Source of the DNA: the human T2T-CHM13v2.0 reference genome, Homo sapiens
Strand: one strand, 5' to 3'
Assembly: GCF_009914755.1 (NCBI RefSeq)
Contig: NC_060929.1
DNA length: 64,000 bases
The translations under genes were made by a program, and so were the position numbers. A model generated the notes under the pieces. It had not been told where the DNA came from and searched no databases. It worked only from the letters and a program-made list of their open reading frames with translations. Each line of letters starts with the position of its first letter. The stretch's first letter is position 1. This document shows positions 60,936 to 64,000 of the stretch, piece after piece.

Positions 60936-63900
60936 GACCTCGACCAACTTTGTCATTCATTTTACAAACAAAGAAACTGAAGCCCAAGAAAGTGACACTA
61001 GCATATTAAAAACAGTACGGAAAAGAGAACCCAGGTCTCCTGGGTGTGCTATTAATGCTCCTTTCTCAGCCTCACCACGAAGTATATTATCTATATACCA
61101 TAATATGATAAGTAACACCACAGATCAAAATACTGTATCATAATCCAAAAAGCCCATGCTAAGAGAGTTCGGGCCGCAGACCTTGCTTTTAGAACCGATG
61201 AGCTGTTCATGGATCCAGGAAAGCTACTCTTTAGGAATAAAGTCTGAACACATGGCAGAGGCTTGTGCTGCCTCTGGACTAGGAGCAGCTGCCCTGTGTT
61301 TTGCAGTTTATGCTCTATTATAATCACGGGCACCAGGGGTAAGAAGCAGGTCATATAACTGAGGTATTGCCTCCAGAAATCCTACTTGTCAGCTCATGAC
61401 CAATCATGGGTAACTTTCTCTTCCTTGGGGTCCTAGTAAATGAGATCTCTATAATGTGCTCTATTAAATATTCGTAAAATTTTACTCAGTTGGCATCATA
61501 TCAAACACTTTTTGTTGTTCACTGATGCATTAGTTACTACCCTTACAATCATTTCATAAAAGAAAAGCCTTTAAATCCCATTAATAGAAAGTAATCACAT
61601 TTTTTAAAAATTAGTCTTCTGAAAAACTCAATATTGTGTCCCACTTTATTACACGGCAGTAATTTAAGAACAAAACAGCAACATTTGGACTAACATTTGC
61701 TGACCCAACATGGCGTTTGGCCATACTGAATAATGACTTCATAAAAGGATCTCATTGGCTGTTACTACACCGCCCTTGTATAATTATTGCTCACGCCCAA
61801 TTTGTTTGTTTGTTTAACCAACTGCCTTATCTGATGACTCTGCAGAATTTGAGATGGTATTTTCCAGAAACCAAAGCTGCTCTGAGTTATAAGAAGGTCA
61901 CGCTTTTTTCTAAAAAGAAACTAATCTTATCGGTGGTCTATTCTTGTTCCCTTGCTATTGGTCAAGGTATAGAAGTAAAAATAAACATGACAAGTGATAG
62001 CAGCTGCCGGACAACACAAATTTTTCATCTAAGCATCCTCACTGCAGGGAAGAATGTGTATCCTTTTTACTATGATTTTGAAAAGCATTCATTTAGTCTG
62101 TATCATCCGCAAACAGAGAGAAATAAGATGCTTCCAATTTCTCATTATGTCCATTTCAGTGGAAGTAGCATGGAGATAATGAAAGATGCTTAATATTGAT
62201 TGTCTCTTAAATGTGGAAATTACTGTTGTCCACTGAGAAGTAAATGTGGTGAGAAAAGCTGTTTTCAGCTCATAAAGTAGTGGTTATTATTTCATACTTT
62301 TATAGAGCCCTAAATGTACAGAGTGCTGACAATATGTGAAGTGGGGCCAAGCAAATCTAATTTCTGGTCCAAAGCAGGCAGATTCCAAATGCAGACCCAA
62401 TCCAACATGAAACCAATGACACAAAATCAACATGGTATAGCTTGGAGTGATTGCAAAGGGAAAACTGTGGGAGAGAAAGTGGTTTCAGGGTGAAGAAAAT
62501 AAGAGGGATCTCCCTAACATGTAATAAAATAATAGAAACCCTTTGAATAAGCCCTGGAGTCTTAAAGTGACTTGTCCAAACCAGCATTTTCTTCAAGAAG
62601 CCTTTCATCTTTTACTTTCCCAGCAGATAAAACAAATCCACTCCAGTGCAATGAATTAAATGTCAAGTGTACACATATATAATACATCTAGATGTGGGGG
62701 CATTGATCCCTAGACACAAGTCACTCCATCCTCATTAGTTATTGAACTGAAAGCCTGGAGAATGCCCTTATGTAAAGGTGCAAATAATGCTTTTCCTCTG
62801 AAGCAAAAGGAAAAAACCTTCTAAATGGTGGAGGTTCTTTTGAACCTTGTTAATAGATCAATCCAAGAATAGAGCTCTGTGTGTACAACATGATCAATCA
62901 AAAGCCACACAGAAAATAGAAAAAAAAAATCTTCCAGACCAGTGCCAGCGGCCTTATCATAATTGCTTCCTGACAGATGCAGTGGATAAACAAGCTCAGG
63001 ACAAGGCCAGTCAGGCTGCTCCAGAGGCCTTGTTTCTTGTTGCTCTAGGTATCAAAATAGGAAGTAAATAGCTGAGAAACAGTTCTGAGAATTGCCAGGA
63101 GGAAGTGCTCCTTCCTCTCCCTGCACTTGCTAAATTTGCTTATCTTTCATTCTCTTAGCACAGCCTTCTGCACGCTGCCTGGGACCCCTTAGCTGCCCGG
63201 GACCCCTTAGCCAAGACCATTTTTTCCCCAACTGCCTTTGACCTAATGCCATCCAGCTGACCCAATGCATCCCCTCTTCTCCTCTGCCAACAAAATGTGA
63301 TTTAAAAAAAAAATAAGGACACAAACAAACCCCATCAATTTCCATGCAATGGACCCCCTAAACAAATAAACAAACAAACAAACAAGAAAGCAGACCTCTG
63401 GCTAAGGGAAATATCCACCATAATGTGAGAGGAAACAGCACTAAGGTTGGGTAGGTTTTCCCCACCAGTCAAACAGCATCTCAGTTTGACTGAAATACTT
63501 CGTCAGGTTCCCTATGAGTAACCAATAAACAGCTCTGGAGCTCATTAACTGTCCAACCTAGTGTTGGTTCCTACCAAAAAAAACATGTAAACTTATTTTA
63601 CGAGGAGCCTGGATTTGTGTTACCACCTATCTGATGATTCTAATACACCATCAGCAGCCTGGCACCTGACACTTACATAAGGCTTTTCATGTATGTATGC
63701 CCACAGAGCGTTAATGCATCTGGCTGTCCAAGTCCTTCTGTGAGCCAAAGAAAGCTTGTGTATCCACTTGGTCTCCCCTGCTTGGCTTTGCACGTCCTAT
63801 TTCTAATTCATGTAAAGGGGTTCCTAATGTCCGTCCTAGGTCATATGAGTTCCATTTAACCTGGGATTTTTTATATGAAACGTGAATACTTTAAATTGGA

Positions 63901-64000
63901 GGCAACTAACAATTCACAATAGTCTCAGAGAAACGGGCTAGCTCCCTGGGATAGATACAAGGTCCACCTTGGTCTCTACCTTGGCTTTCAATTCCTCAAC

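Noticed and set aside
61717-62193. 158-aa ORF, the longest in the window
   Set aside because: It has a non-ATG start, AT-rich random-like composition and no recognisable homology; the length is compatible with chance in 64 kb.

Overview
This is AT-rich, CpG-depleted primate genomic DNA, almost certainly human, since it carries a near-consensus AluYa5-type element. It is intronic or intergenic. I find no convincing protein-coding exon, RNA gene or CRISPR-like system. The listed ORFs are chance ORFs or decayed repeat ORFs (L1 ORF1/ORF2, Tigger1 transposase, Alu). About half the window is interspersed repeats: 13 Alus plus a FLAM, about a dozen L1 fragments (mostly on the minus strand), L2/MIR/L3 relics, solo LTRs (MLT1, MST, MLT2A, LTR3/HML-6, MER50, LTR8, LTR16, LTR33-like, MER77-like) and DNA transposons (Tigger1, Tigger4, MER20, MER5, MER94). 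Family and subfamily names come from my recall of consensus sequences, not from a RepeatMasker run, and boundaries of old elements are approximate. I did not find a new biological system. The most notable observations are small mutational or structural signatures: a locally templated 43-bp replacement inside an Alu, a poly(A)-only insertion with a 15-bp TSD, a very young and possibly polymorphic AluY, a Tigger1 with three nested insertions, a CpG-enriched promoter-like patch near 51.7 kb, and candidate non-coding exons.
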